Notes under the pieces: generated by a model
Databases searched by the model: none
Seen by the model: the letters and a program-made list of their open reading frames with translations, nothing else
Told to the model about the DNA's origin: nothing
In this document: positions 50,137 to 62,299 of the stretch, one piece after another
How the letters are laid out: each line of letters starts with the position of its first letter
How positions within the stretch are numbered: position 1 is the first letter of the stretch
Assembly (NCBI RefSeq): GCF_003334355.1
Contig: NZ_QOWP01000003.1
Direction: 5' to 3' (one strand)
DNA: 64,000 bases
Origin: Escherichia coli
GTDB lineage: Bacteria > Pseudomonadota > Gammaproteobacteria > Enterobacterales > Enterobacteriaceae
Program-made: the position numbers and the translations under genes

Positions 50137-50891
50137 ATCAACCGTTACTTTCGGTCAATAACCTGACCCACCTTTACGCGCCGGGCAAAGGCTTTAGCGA
50201 TGTCTCTTTTGATTTATGGCCGGGGGAAGTGCTGGGCATTGTCGGGGAATCCGGCTCCGGGAAGACCACGCTGCTGAAGTCGATCTCCGCGCGCCTGACG
50301 CCGCAGCAGGGGGAAATTCACTACGAGAACCGTTCGCTGTATGCAATGAGCGAGGCCGACCGCCGTCGCCTGCTGCGTACCGAATGGGGCGTGGTGCATC
50401 AGCATCCACTCGACGGCCTGCGCCGCCAGGTGTCGGCAGGCGGCAATATCGGCGAGCGGCTGATGGCGACCGGGGCACGTCATTACGGCGATATTCGTGC
50501 CACCGCGCAGAAGTGGCTGGAAGAGGTGGAGATTCCCGCCAACCGGATCGACGACCTGCCGACCACCTTTTCCGGCGGTATGCAGCAGCGTTTGCAGATT
50601 GCCCGCAACCTGGTGACGCATCCGAAGCTGGTGTTTATGGATGAACCGACCGGCGGGCTGGATGTGTCGGTGCAGGCCCGCCTGCTCGACCTGCTGCGCG
50701 GCCTGGTGGTGGAGCTGAACCTCGCGGTGGTGATTGTCACCCATGATTTAGGCGTCGCCCGCCTGCTGGCGGACCGTTTGCTGGTGATGAAGCAGGGGCA
50801 AGTGGTGGAGAGTGGGTTAACCGACCGCGTGCTCGACGACCCGCATCATCCGTATACACAGCTGCTGGTGTCATCGGTTTTGCAGAATTGA
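50133..50891 (+). CDS. phnK: C-P lyase accessory ATP-binding protein PhnK
   Basis: ORF track 50103..50891; recognised Phn[16 protein letters not shown] at ATG 50133 (ATGA overlap with phnJ); 252 aa; Walker [10 protein letters not shown]. Confidence 0.93.
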
Positions 50892-50894
50892 GCC

Positions 50895-50985
<91 letters not shown>

Positions 50986-51001
50986 AACCACGAGGCGAAA
51001 A

Positions 51002-51682
51002 ATGATTAACGTACAAAACGTCAGTAAAACCTTCATCCTGCACCAGCAAAACGGCGTGCGCCTGCCCGTCCTCAATCGCGCCTCGCTCACCGTCAACGCG
51101 GGCGAATGCGTGGTGCTCCACGGCCATTCCGGCAGCGGCAAATCAACTCTGCTACGCTCGCTGTACGCCAACTATCTACCCGACGAAGGTCAAATCCAGA
51201 TCAAACACGGTGACGAGTGGGTAGACCTGGTCACCGCGCCAGCGCGCAAAGTGGTGGAAATCCGCAAAACCACCGTCGGCTGGGTGAGCCAGTTTCTGCG
51301 CGTCATCCCGCGTATCTCAGCACTGGAAGTGGTGATGCAGCCGCTGCTCGATACCGGCGTTCCGCGTGAAGCCTGCGCCGCTAAAGCCGCGCGTCTTCTC
51401 ACCCGCCTGAACGTGCCGGAACGCCTGTGGCACCTGGCACCATCGACATTTTCCGGTGGCGAACAGCAGCGCGTCAACATCGCCCGCGGCTTTATCGTCG
51501 ACTACCCCATTCTGCTGCTTGACGAACCTACCGCCTCGCTGGACGCCAAAAACAGCGCCGCGGTGGTGGAACTGATTCGCGAAGCCAAAACCCGTGGCGC
51601 AGCCATCGTAGGCATCTTCCATGACGAAGCTGTACGTAATGACGTCGCCGACCGCCTGCACCCAATGGGAGCCTCTTCATGA
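51002..51682 (+). CDS. phnL: C-P lyase accessory ATP-binding protein PhnL
   Basis: ORF track 50888..51682 starts inside the REP; recognised Phn[17 protein letters not shown] at ATG 51002; 226 aa; Walker [10 protein letters not shown]. Confidence 0.93.
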
Positions 51683-52815
51683 TTATCAATAACGTTAAGC
51701 TGGTGCTGGAAAACGAGGTGGTAAGCGGTTCGCTGGAGGTGCAGAACGGCGAAATCCGCGCCTTTGCCGAAAGCCAGAGCCGCCTGCCGGAGGCGATGGA
51801 CGGCGAAGGCGGCTGGCTGCTGCCGGGGCTGATTGAGCTGCATACCGATAATCTGGATAAATTCTTCACCCCGCGCCCGAAAGTTGACTGGCCTGCCCAC
51901 TCGGCGATGAGCAGCCACGACGCGCTGATGGTGGCGAGCGGCATCACCACCGTACTGGATGCCGTGGCAATTGGCGACGTGCGCGACGGCGGCGATCGGC
52001 TGGAGAATCTGGAGAAGATGATCAACGCCATCGAAGAGACGCAGAAACGCGGCGTCAACCGCGCCGAGCACCGTCTGCATCTGCGCTGCGAACTGCCGCA
52101 TCACACCACGCTGCCGCTGTTTGAAAAACTGGTGCAGCGCGAGCCGGTGACGCTGGTGTCGCTGATGGACCACTCGCCGGGCCAGCGCCAGTTCGCCAAC
52201 CGCGAGAAGTATCGCGAATATTATCAGGGCAAATACTCCCTCACTGATGCGCAGATGCAGCAGTACGAAGAAGAGCAACTGGCGCTCGCCGCACGCTGGT
52301 CGCAGCCGAATCGCGAATCCATCGCCGCCCTGTGCCGCGCGCGAAAAATTGCGCTTGCCAGCCACGATGACGCCACCCACGCCCACGTTGCTGAATCTCA
52401 CCAGCTTGGCAGCGTGATCGCCGAATTTCCCACCACGTTCGAAGCGGCGGAAGCCTCGCGCAAGCATGGCATGAACGTGCTGATGGGCGCGCCGAATATT
52501 GTGCGCGGCGGCTCGCACTCCGGCAACGTGGCGGCCAGTGAACTGGCGCAGCTTGGCCTGCTGGATATCCTCTCTTCCGACTACTACCCCGCCAGCCTGC
52601 TCGATGCGGCATTTCGCGTCGCCGATGACGAGAGCAACCGCTTTACGCTGCCGCAGGCGGTGAAGCTGGTGACTAAAAATCCAGCGCAGGCGCTTAATCT
52701 CCAGGATCGCGGGGTGATTGGCGAGGGCAAACGCGCCGACCTGGTGCTGGCGCATCGCAAGGACAATCATATTCATATCGACCACGTCTGGCGTCAGGGT
52801 AAAAGGGTGTTCTGA
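51679..52815 (+). CDS. phnM: PhnM, amidohydrolase-family subunit (RPnTP diphosphatase)
   Basis: ORF track 378 aa; metal-dependent hydrolase fold; ATGA overlap with phnL. Confidence 0.93.
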
Positions 52816-53372
52816 TGATGGGAAAACTGATTTGGTTAATGGGGCCGTCCGGCTCCGGGAAAGACAGCCTGCTGGCGGAACTCCGCCTGCGGGAACAAAC
52901 TCAGTTACTGGTGGCGCATCGCTACATCACGCGCGATGCCAGCGCCGGAAGTGAAAACCATATCGCCCTGAGCGAGCAGGAGTTTTTTACCCGCGCGGGG
53001 CAAAATCTGTTGGCCTTAAGCTGGCACGCTAACAGTCTGTATTATGGCGTCGGCGTCGAGATTGATCTCTGGCTGCACGCCGGATTCGACGTGCTGGTCA
53101 ACGGCTCACGCGCCCATCTGCCGCAGGCGCGGGCGCGCTATCAATCGGCGCTGCTGCCCGTCTGTTTACAGGTTTCGCCGGAGATCCTCCGCCAGCGCCT
53201 GGAAAACCGTGGCCGTGAAAACGCCAGTGAAATTAACGCCCGCCTGGCGCGCGCCGCCCGCTATACTCCACAGGATTGCCATACGCTCAACAATGACGGC
53301 AGCCTGCGCCAGTCGGTCGACACGCTGCTGACGCTGATCCATCAGAAGGAGAAACACCATGCCTGCTTGTGA
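52815..53372 (+). CDS. phnN: Ribose 1,5-bisphosphate phosphokinase PhnN
   Basis: ORF track 185 aa; P-loop GPSGSGKDS; start overlaps phnM stop (TGATG). Confidence 0.93.
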
Positions 53373-53793
53373 GCTTCGCCCGGCCACGCAGTACGACACC
53401 GACGCGGTTTACGCGCTGATTTGTGAGCTAAAACAGGCGGAGTTTGACCACCACGCGTTTCGCGTGGGTTTTAACGCCAATCTGCGCGACCCAAACATGC
53501 GCTACCATCTGGCGCTGCTTGATGGCGAAGTTGTCGGCATGATCGGCCTGCATTTGCAGTTTCATCTGCATCATGTCAACTGGATCGGCGAAATTCAGGA
53601 GTTGGTGGTAATGCCGCAGGCGCGCGGTCTGAACGTCGGCAGTAAGTTACTGGCGTGGGCAGAAGAAGAAGCCCGCCAGGCCGGGGCCGAAATGACCGAA
53701 CTTTCGACCAACGTGAAGCGCCACGACGCGCACCGTTTCTATCTGCGCGAAGGCTACGAGCAGAGCCACTTCCGCTTCACCAAGGCGCTGTAA
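53359..53793 (+). CDS. phnO: Aminoalkylphosphonate N-acetyltransferase PhnO (GNAT)
   Basis: ORF track 144 aa; GNAT fold; 14-nt overlap with phnN. Confidence 0.92.
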
Positions 53794-53794
53794 C

Positions 53795-54553
53795 ATGAGC
53801 CTGACCCTCACGCTCACCGGCACCGGCGGCGCACAGGGCGTTCCGGCATGGGGCTGCGAGTGTGCGGCCTGCGCCAGAGCGCGGCGCTCGCCGCAGTATC
53901 GCCGCCAACCGTGCAGCGGCGTAGTGAAGTTTAACGACGCAATCACCCTGATCGACGCCGGGCTGCACGATCTCGCCGATCGCTGGTCGCCCGGATCGTT
54001 CCAGCAGTTTTTGCTGACGCATTATCATATGGATCACGTCCAGGGGCTGTTTCCGCTGCGCTGGGGCGTTGGCGATCCGATCCCGGTTTACGGCCCGCCG
54101 GATGAACAGGGCTGCGACGATCTGTTTAAACATCCGGGCCTGCTTGATTTCAGCCACACGGTGGAACCGTTTGTGGTGTTTGATTTGCAGGGGTTACAGG
54201 TCACGCCCCTGCCGCTCAACCACTCAAAACTGACCTTCGGTTATCTGCTGGAAACGGCACACAGCCGGGTGGCGTGGCTGTCTGACACCGCAGGCTTGCC
54301 GGAAAAAACGCTGAAATTTTTACGCAATAATCAGCCGCAGGTAATGGTGATGGATTGCAGTCACCCGCCGCGCGCGGATGCACCGCGTAATCACTGTGAT
54401 TTAAATACCGTGCTTGCGCTGAATCAGGTTATCCGCTCGCCACGGGTGATTCTGACCCATATCAGCCACCAGTTTGATGCGTGGCTGATGGAAAACGCAC
54501 TACCGTCAGGGTTTGAGGTGGGGTTTGATGGGATGGAGATTGGGGTGGCGTGA
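53795..54553 (+). CDS. phnP: Phosphoribosyl 1,2-cyclic phosphate phosphodiesterase PhnP (metallo-beta-lactamase fold)
   Basis: ORF track 252 aa; HxHxDH motif ([11 protein letters not shown]); last gene of the phn cluster. Confidence 0.93.
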
Positions 54554-54569
54554 TGAGAGGGAATGTGCG

Positions 54570-54680
54570 CGCTGGCCCCCTCACCCTAACCCTCTCCCCA
54601 GAGGGGCGAGGGGACCGATTGTGCTCGATATTGAATATTGCGCTCGTTTTCTCCCTCTCCCCATTGGGGTGAGGGGCGAT
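54570..54680. repeat. Two copies of a GC-rich palindromic intergenic repeat (box C-like; name uncertain)
   Basis: CCCCTCACCCTAACCCTCTCCCCAGAGGGGCGAGGGGACC (about 54575-54616) and CTCCCTCTCCCCATTGGGGTGAGGGGCG (about 54651-54679), each CCCTCTCCCC-N3-GGGGnGAGGGG; related inverted copy at 27565-27600. Confidence 0.5.
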
Positions 54681-54699
54681 GCCTGCTCCATACCCAACC

Positions 54700-55029
54700 T
54701 CATCGCCCATACTCATCTTCCATTCTCCGCTCTTCATCCTCCAGTTGCCGACGCTCCTGATCAAGCTGGCGCTGGCGATCGTCCAGCTGCCTGCGGCGAT
54801 CTTCAAACTGGCGGCGGCGGTCGTCATATTGTCTGCGCCGATCGTCGCTCACTTCACGCTGCCAGCCGTCGTCGCGCGAATCTTCATAGTCTCGCCCACG
54901 GTCAGGGTTATAAGCGTCATTAATCGCCTGCTGAATATTGCCAATGGTGTCGTCGATAATATCGGCCTGGGCCGGAACGGTGGACAGCGTGAGCAGGGTG
55001 AATAAAAGAAATAGCGGAAAGCGTTTCAT
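54700..55029 (-). CDS. yjdP: YjdP, secreted low-complexity Arg/Asp/Glu-rich repeat protein
   Basis: ORF track 109 aa; signal peptide MKRFPLFLLFTLLTLSTVPAQA followed by charged repeats (DDRRRQYDDRRRQFEDRRRQLDDRQRQLDQERRQLEDEERR); recognised as YjdP. Confidence 0.85.
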   Translation of the reverse strand: MKRFPLFLLFTLLTLSTVPAQADIIDDTIGNIQQAINDAYNPDRGRDYEDSRDDGWQREVSDDRRRQYDDRRRQFEDRRRQLDDRQRQLDQERRQLEDEERRMEDEYGR

Positions 55030-55097
55030 TAGCCAACCTCAAAAAGAAACTCTATCCACATTAATCATTACTCATCCATGCAAGTAGTGGATGAATC

Positions 55098-55547
55098 TCA
55101 ATTTCTCCGCTGCTCTATTGCCGTAATCGCCTCCACGCGTTGTTGATGACGACCGCCTTCGTACTGTGCGCCCAGCCACGCATCCACAATCATTTTTGCC
55201 AGTTCGAGGCCAACCACTCGTGAACCAAAAGCCAGCACGTTGGTGTCGTTATGCTGCCGCGAAAGTTGCGCGGAATAAGGTTCGCTACAGACGACCGCGC
55301 GAATTCCGGCAAACTTGTTCGCCGCTATCGAAATACCGACGCCAGTACCACAAATCAAAATCCCGCCATCAACCTCTCCGCCAGCAACAGCCAGTGCGAC
55401 TTGACTGGCGTAATGTGGATAATCAGTACGCTCTGACGACCAGGTTCCTTTATCAATCACTTCAACGCCACGCTCAACTAAATGTGCCACTATTTCATGT
55501 TTTAAAATGAAACCGACATGATCACAGCCAAATGCAATCTTTTTCAT
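55098..55547 (-). CDS. rpiB: Ribose-5-phosphate isomerase B / allose-6-phosphate isomerase
   Basis: ORF track 149 aa (MKKIAFGCDHVGF...); RpiB/LacAB family; divergent from rpiR. Confidence 0.95.
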   Translation of the reverse strand: MKKIAFGCDHVGFILKHEIVAHLVERGVEVIDKGTWSSERTDYPHYASQVALAVAGGEVDGGILICGTGVGISIAANKFAGIRAVVCSEPYSAQLSRQHNDTNVLAFGSRVVGLELAKMIVDAWLGAQYEGGRHQQRVEAITAIEQRRN

Positions 55548-55905
55548 TCATCTTCCCCGTCCGTGCAAAACTTCACAATCAAAAAACATTTGTGATGTTA
55601 ATGAATTAAAAACACCCAAAATCGATGAATTACGCCTTCCTGATCTGTTTTACAGAGTTACATCTGACAGCGCAATAGCGTTAAAGACACTCACCATCCA
55701 GCAACATCTATCATCTAAAAAACCAGAAAAACAAATAACATCATGTTTTTAAACTAATTAAATGAAATAAAATTTTAAGCCACTCGCCATTGTTCACAAT
55801 AAAATAAACTTTATAAATTTTATTTTTTTGTGAAGTCGCCAGCATCTTTTCTGTTCTTGCTGTGGTGATATAGTGGCGTCTTCAATTCAAGGACAAGAGA
55901 ACGTG

Positions 55906-56796
55906 ATGAGCCAGTCAGAGTTTGATTCAGCGCTTCCGAACGGTATAGGGTTAGCGCCTTACCTGCGAATGAAGCAGGAAGGAATGACAGAAAATGAAAG
56001 CCGCATCGTGGAGTGGTTACTCAAACCCGGTAACCTGAGTTGTGCACCCGCAATTAAAGATGTCGCAGAAGCTCTGGCGGTATCTGAAGCGATGATAGTT
56101 AAGGTATCAAAGCTGCTGGGGTTTAGCGGCTTTCGTAACTTACGCAGTGCGCTGGAAGATTATTTTTCTCAGTCAGAACAGGTATTGCCTTCCGAGTTGG
56201 CTTTTGATGAAGCGCCGCAGGATGTGGTGAATAAGGTATTTAACATCACTTTACGCACCATTATGGAAGGTCAGTCGATCGTCAACGTTGATGAGATCCA
56301 CCGTGCCGCCCGCTTTTTCTATCAGGCCAGACAGCGGGATTTGTACGGTGCCGGAGGATCAAATGCTATCTGTGCTGATGTACAGCACAAGTTCTTGCGC
56401 ATTGGCGTACGCTGTCAGGCCTATCCTGATGCTCACATCATGATGATGTCCGCTTCGTTGTTACAGGAAGGAGATGTTGTGCTGGTAGTGACCCATTCCG
56501 GGCGAACCAGTGATGTAAAAGCGGCCGTAGAACTGGCAAAAAAGAACGGGGCAAAGATTATTTGTATAACCCATAGCTACCATTCACCGATAGCGAAACT
56601 GGCCGATTATATTATTTGCTCACCAGCCCCGGAAACGCCGTTATTAGGTCGTAATGCCTCGGCAAGAATATTACAACTAACTTTGCTGGACGCTTTTTTT
56701 GTCTCTGTCGCCCAGCTCAACATTGAACAAGCTAATATTAATATGCAAAAAACCGGCGCAATTGTTGATTTCTTCTCACCAGGCGCGCTGAAATAA
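55906..56796 (+). CDS. rpiR: RpiR/AlsR, repressor of rpiB and the als operon
   Basis: ORF track 55873..56796; recognised N-terminus MSQSEFDSALPNGIGLAPYL at ATG 55906; 296 aa; HTH plus SIS domain. Confidence 0.9.
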   Translation: MSQSEFDSALPNGIGLAPYLRMKQEGMTENESRIVEWLLKPGNLSCAPAIKDVAEALAVSEAMIVKVSKLLGFSGFRNLRSALEDYFSQSEQVLPSELAFDEAPQDVVNKVFNITLRTIMEGQSIVNVDEIHRAARFFYQARQRDLYGAGGSNAICADVQHKFLRIGVRCQAYPDAHIMMMSASLLQEGDVVLVVTHSGRTSDVKAAVELAKKNGAKIICITHSYHSPIAKLADYIICSPAPETPLLGRNASARILQLTLLDAFFVSVAQLNIEQANINMQKTGAIVDFFSPGALK

Positions 56797-56854
56797 GAAA
56801 AAGGTAATTCCGCCATCGCGGAGTTACCTGTCCCCTTACCGTGAGAACATTATT

Positions 56855-57790
56855 ATGAATAAATATCTGAAATATTTCAGCGGCACACTCGTGGGCTTAA
56901 TGTTGTCAACCAGCGCTTTTGCTGCCGCCGAATATGCTGTCGTATTGAAAACCCTCTCCAACCCATTTTGGGTAGATATGAAAAAAGGCATTGAAGATGA
57001 AGCAAAAACACTGGGCGTCAGCGTTGATATTTTTGCCTCTCCTTCAGAAGGCGATTTTCAATCTCAATTGCAGTTATTTGAAGATCTCAGTAATAAAAAT
57101 TACAAAGGTATCGCCTTCGCTCCATTATCCTCAGTGAATCTGGTCATGCCTGTCGCCCGCGCATGGAAAAAAGGCATTTATCTGGTTAATCTCGATGAAA
57201 AAATCGACATGGATAATCTGAAAAAAGCTGGCGGCAATGTGGAAGCTTTTGTCACCACCGATAACGTTGCTGTCGGGGCGAAAGGCGCGTCGTTCATTAT
57301 TGACAAATTGGGCGCTGAAGGTGGTGAAGTCGCAATCATTGAGGGTAAAGCCGGTAACGCCTCCGGTGAAGCGCGTCGTAATGGTGCCACCGAAGCCTTC
57401 AAAAAAGCAAGCCAGATCAAGCTTGTCGCCAGCCAGCCTGCCGACTGGGACCGCATTAAAGCACTGGATGTCGCCACTAACGTGTTGCAACGTAATCCGA
57501 ATATTAAAGCGATCTATTGCGCGAATGACACGATGGCAATGGGTGTTGCTCAGGCAGTCGCAAACGCCGGAAAAACGGGAAAAGTGCTGGTCGTCGGTAC
57601 AGATGGCATTCCGGAAGCCCGCAAAATGGTGGAAGCCGGACAAATGACCGCGACGGTTGCCCAGAACCCGGCGGATATCGGCGCAACGGGTCTGAAGCTG
57701 ATGGTTGACGCTGAGAAATCCGGCAAGGTTATCCCGCTGGATAAAGCACCGGAATTTAAACTGGTCGATTCAATCCTGGTCACTCAATAA
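56855..57790 (+). CDS. alsB: D-allose ABC transporter periplasmic binding protein AlsB
   Basis: ORF track 311 aa; signal peptide; ribose-binding-protein-like fold; recognised as AlsB. Confidence 0.95.
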   Translation: MNKYLKYFSGTLVGLMLSTSAFAAAEYAVVLKTLSNPFWVDMKKGIEDEAKTLGVSVDIFASPSEGDFQSQLQLFEDLSNKNYKGIAFAPLSSVNLVMPVARAWKKGIYLVNLDEKIDMDNLKKAGGNVEAFVTTDNVAVGAKGASFIIDKLGAEGGEVAIIEGKAGNASGEARRNGATEAFKKASQIKLVASQPADWDRIKALDVATNVLQRNPNIKAIYCANDTMAMGVAQAVANAGKTGKVLVVGTDGIPEARKMVEAGQMTATVAQNPADIGATGLKLMVDAEKSGKVIPLDKAPEFKLVDSILVTQ

Positions 57791-57798
57791 AACTGAAT

Positions 57799-57885
57799 GA
57801 TGCCGGATGATGATGCTAATGAAGTGTCTTATCCGGCCAACAAAATAACCTGAACGTAGACCTGATAAATGTAGCCATCAGGCAA
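57799..57885. repeat. Degenerate REP-like palindromes between alsB and alsA
   Basis: GATGCCGGATGATGATGCTAATGAAGTGTCTTATCCGGCCAACA and ACCTGATAAATGTAGCCATCAGGCA. Confidence 0.55.
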
Positions 57886-57916
57886 TAATACGATATTTCG
57901 TGCAGAGAGGTTATTT

Positions 57917-59449
57917 ATGGCCACGCCATATATATCGATGGCGGGGATCGGCAAGTCCTTTGGTCCGGTTCACGCATTAAAGTCGGTTAATTTAACGGTT
58001 TATCCTGGTGAAATACATGCATTACTAGGAGAAAATGGCGCGGGTAAATCCACGCTAATGAAAGTTTTATCCGGAATACATGAGCCGACCAAAGGCACCA
58101 TTACCATTAATAACATTAGCTATAACAAGCTGGATCATAAATTAGCGGCACAACTCGGTATCGGGATTATTTATCAGGAACTCAGCGTTATTGATGAATT
58201 AACCGTACTGGAAAATTTATATATTGGTCGTCATCTGACGAAAAAAATCTGTGGCGTCAATATTATCGACTGGCGAGAAATGCGTGTCCGCGCCGCCATG
58301 ATGTTATTACGCGTGGGCTTGAAAGTTGATCTAGATGAGAAAGTGGCGAATTTATCTATCAGCCACAAGCAGATGCTAGAAATTGCCAAAACGCTGATGC
58401 TCGATGCCAAAGTCATCATCATGGATGAACCCACCTCCTCACTCACCAATAAAGAGGTGGACTATCTGTTTCTGATCATGAATCAGTTGCGTAAAGAGGG
58501 TACGGCCATCGTCTATATCTCGCATAAGTTGGCGGAAATTCGCCGTATTTGCGACCGCTATACGGTGATGAAAGACGGCAGCAGCGTTTGCAGCGGCATA
58601 GTAAGCGATGTGTCAAATGACGATATCGTCCGTCTGATGGTAGGCCGCGAACTGCAAAACCGTTTTAACGCGATGAAGGAGAATGTCAGCAACCTTGCGC
58701 ACGAAACGGTTTTTGAGGTGCGGAACGTCACCAGTCGTGACAGAAAAAAGGTCCGGGATATCTCATTTAGCGTCTGCCGGGGAGAAATATTAGGCTTTGC
58801 CGGACTGGTCGGTTCCGGACGTACTGAACTGATGAATTGTCTGTTTGGCGTGGATAAACGCGCTGGCGGAGAAATCCGTCTTAATGGCAAAGATATCTCT
58901 CCACGTTCACCCCTGGATGCCGTGAAAAAAGGGATGGCTTACATCACTGAAAGCCGCCGGGATAACGGTTTTTTCCCCAACTTTTCCATCGCTCAGAACA
59001 TGGCGATCAGCCGCAGTCTGAAAGACGGCGGCTATAAAGGCGCGATGGGCTTGTTTCATGAAGTTGACGAGCAACGTACCGCTGAAAATCAACGCGAACT
59101 GCTGGCGCTGAAATGTCATTCGGTAAACCAGAATATCACCGAACTCTCCGGGGGAAATCAGCAGAAAGTCCTGATCTCCAAATGGCTGTGCTGTTGCCCG
59201 GAAGTGATTATTTTCGATGAACCTACCCGCGGCATCGACGTTGGCGCGAAAGCCGAAATTTACAAAGTGATGCGCCAACTGGCGGACGACGGAAAAGTCA
59301 TCCTGATGGTGTCATCTGAACTACCTGAAATTATCACCATCTGCGACCGCATCGCCGTGTTCTGCGAAGGACGACTGACGCAAATCCTGACGAATCGCGA
59401 TGACATGAGCGAAGAGGAGATTATGGCATGGGCTTTACCACAAGAGTAA
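57917..59449 (+). CDS. alsA: D-allose ABC transporter ATP-binding protein AlsA (duplicated ABC domains)
   Basis: ORF track 510 aa; two Walker A motifs (GENGAGKST and GLVGSGRTE); recognised as AlsA. Confidence 0.95.
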   Translation: MATPYISMAGIGKSFGPVHALKSVNLTVYPGEIHALLGENGAGKSTLMKVLSGIHEPTKGTITINNISYNKLDHKLAAQLGIGIIYQELSVIDELTVLENLYIGRHLTKKICGVNIIDWREMRVRAAMMLLRVGLKVDLDEKVANLSISHKQMLEIAKTLMLDAKVIIMDEPTSSLTNKEVDYLFLIMNQLRKEGTAIVYISHKLAEIRRICDRYTVMKDGSSVCSGIVSDVSNDDIVRLMVGRELQNRFNAMKENVSNLAHETVFEVRNVTSRDRKKVRDISFSVCRGEILGFAGLVGSGRTELMNCLFGVDKRAGGEIRLNGKDISPRSPLDAVKKGMAYITESRRDNGFFPNFSIAQNMAISRSLKDGGYKGAMGLFHEVDEQRTAENQRELLALKCHSVNQNITELSGGNQQKVLISKWLCCCPEVIIFDEPTRGIDVGAKAEIYKVMRQLADDGKVILMVSSELPEIITICDRIAVFCEGRLTQILTNRDDMSEEEIMAWALPQE

Positions 59450-60408
59450 AAAGCGAAGCGAGCGAGAAGAAACCGTTCAACTTTGCGCTGTTCTGGGATA
59501 AATACGGCACCTTTTTTATCCTGGCGATCATCGTCGCCATCTTTGGTTCGCTGTCACCAGAATATTTTCTGACCACCAATAATATTACCCAGATTTTTGT
59601 TCAAAGCTCCGTGACGGTATTGATCGGCATGGGCGAGTTTTTCGCTATCCTGGTCGCTGGTATCGACCTCTCGGTTGGCGCGATTCTGGCGCTTTCCGGT
59701 ATGGTGACCGCCAAACTGATGTTGGCAGGTGTTGACCCGTTTCTCGCAGCGATGATTGGCGGTGTACTGGTTGGCGGCGCACTGGGGGCGATCAACGGCT
59801 GCCTGGTCAACTGGACGGGGCTACACCCGTTCATCATCACCCTTGGCACCAACGCGATTTTCCGTGGGATCACGCTGGTGATCTCCGATGCCAACTCGGT
59901 ATACGGCTTCTCATTTGACTTCGTGAACTTCTTTGCCGCCAGCGTAATTGGGATACCTGTCCCCGTTATCTTCTCACTAATTGTCGCGCTCATCCTTTGG
60001 TTTCTGACAACGCGTATGCGGCTCGGGCGCAACATCTACGCACTGGGCGGCAACAAAAATTCGGCGTTCTATTCCGGGATTGACGTGAAATTCCACATCC
60101 TGGTGGTGTTTATCATCTCCGGTGTTTGTGCAGGTCTGGCAGGCGTCGTCTCAACTGCACGACTCGGTGCCGCAGAACCGCTTGCCGGTATGGGTTTTGA
60201 AACCTATGCCATTGCCAGCGCCATCATTGGCGGCACCAGTTTCTTCGGCGGCAAGGGGCGCATTTTCTCTGTGGTGATTGGCGGGTTGATCATCGGCACC
60301 ATCAACAACGGTCTGAATATTTTGCAGGTACAAACCTATTACCAACTGGTGGTGATGGGCGGATTAATTATCGCGGCTGTCGCCCTTGACCGTCTTATCA
60401 GTAAGTAA
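59428..60408 (+). CDS. alsC: D-allose ABC transporter permease AlsC
   Basis: ORF track 326 aa polytopic membrane protein; overlaps alsA 3' end by 22 nt. Confidence 0.95.
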   Translation: MGFTTRVKSEASEKKPFNFALFWDKYGTFFILAIIVAIFGSLSPEYFLTTNNITQIFVQSSVTVLIGMGEFFAILVAGIDLSVGAILALSGMVTAKLMLAGVDPFLAAMIGGVLVGGALGAINGCLVNWTGLHPFIITLGTNAIFRGITLVISDANSVYGFSFDFVNFFAASVIGIPVPVIFSLIVALILWFLTTRMRLGRNIYALGGNKNSAFYSGIDVKFHILVVFIISGVCAGLAGVVSTARLGAAEPLAGMGFETYAIASAIIGGTSFFGGKGRIFSVVIGGLIIGTINNGLNILQVQTYYQLVVMGGLIIAAVALDRLISK

Positions 60409-60418
60409 GGAATTGAAC

Positions 60419-62027
<1,609 letters not shown>

Positions 62028-62032
62028 GTAAA

Positions 62033-62070
62033 ACGTTGGCACAGTAGCGCAATGTCCCGCTGTGCCAACG
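62033..62070 (+). terminator. Hairpin after alsK
   Basis: CGTTGGCACAG ... CTGTGCCAACG, 11-bp stem just after alsK stop; no strong T-run. Confidence 0.5.
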
Positions 62071-62299
62071 ACAGGTACAATATATATAATAAACACATAA
62101 AACGACTCATATTATTTTCTGCAATGATAGTTTTACTGTAATTTTCCCTCTTCAGCACAAATGCCTAATAAAATGGCGCGTTCCGCTCACACTTCCACTT
62201 ATTAAAGTCGCAATTTCCCAATTATGATAACGCCAGCTTTAAATGACGTATTTTGCATGGATTACATATTTACGACATAAATGATAAATGGAGATTTAT

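Noticed and set aside
51502-52785. 427-aa minus-strand ORF antisense to phnL/phnM; also 262-aa (44712-45500, antisense phnD), 269-aa (47886-48695, antisense phnH/I), 215-aa (49486-50133, antisense phnJ) and several 100-180-aa antisense ORFs.
   Set aside because: The phn cluster is GC-rich, which suppresses stop codons on the antisense strand. The translations are low-complexity Arg/Ala/Gly-rich, lack start-site context, and every sense-strand gene is a full-length recognisable protein.
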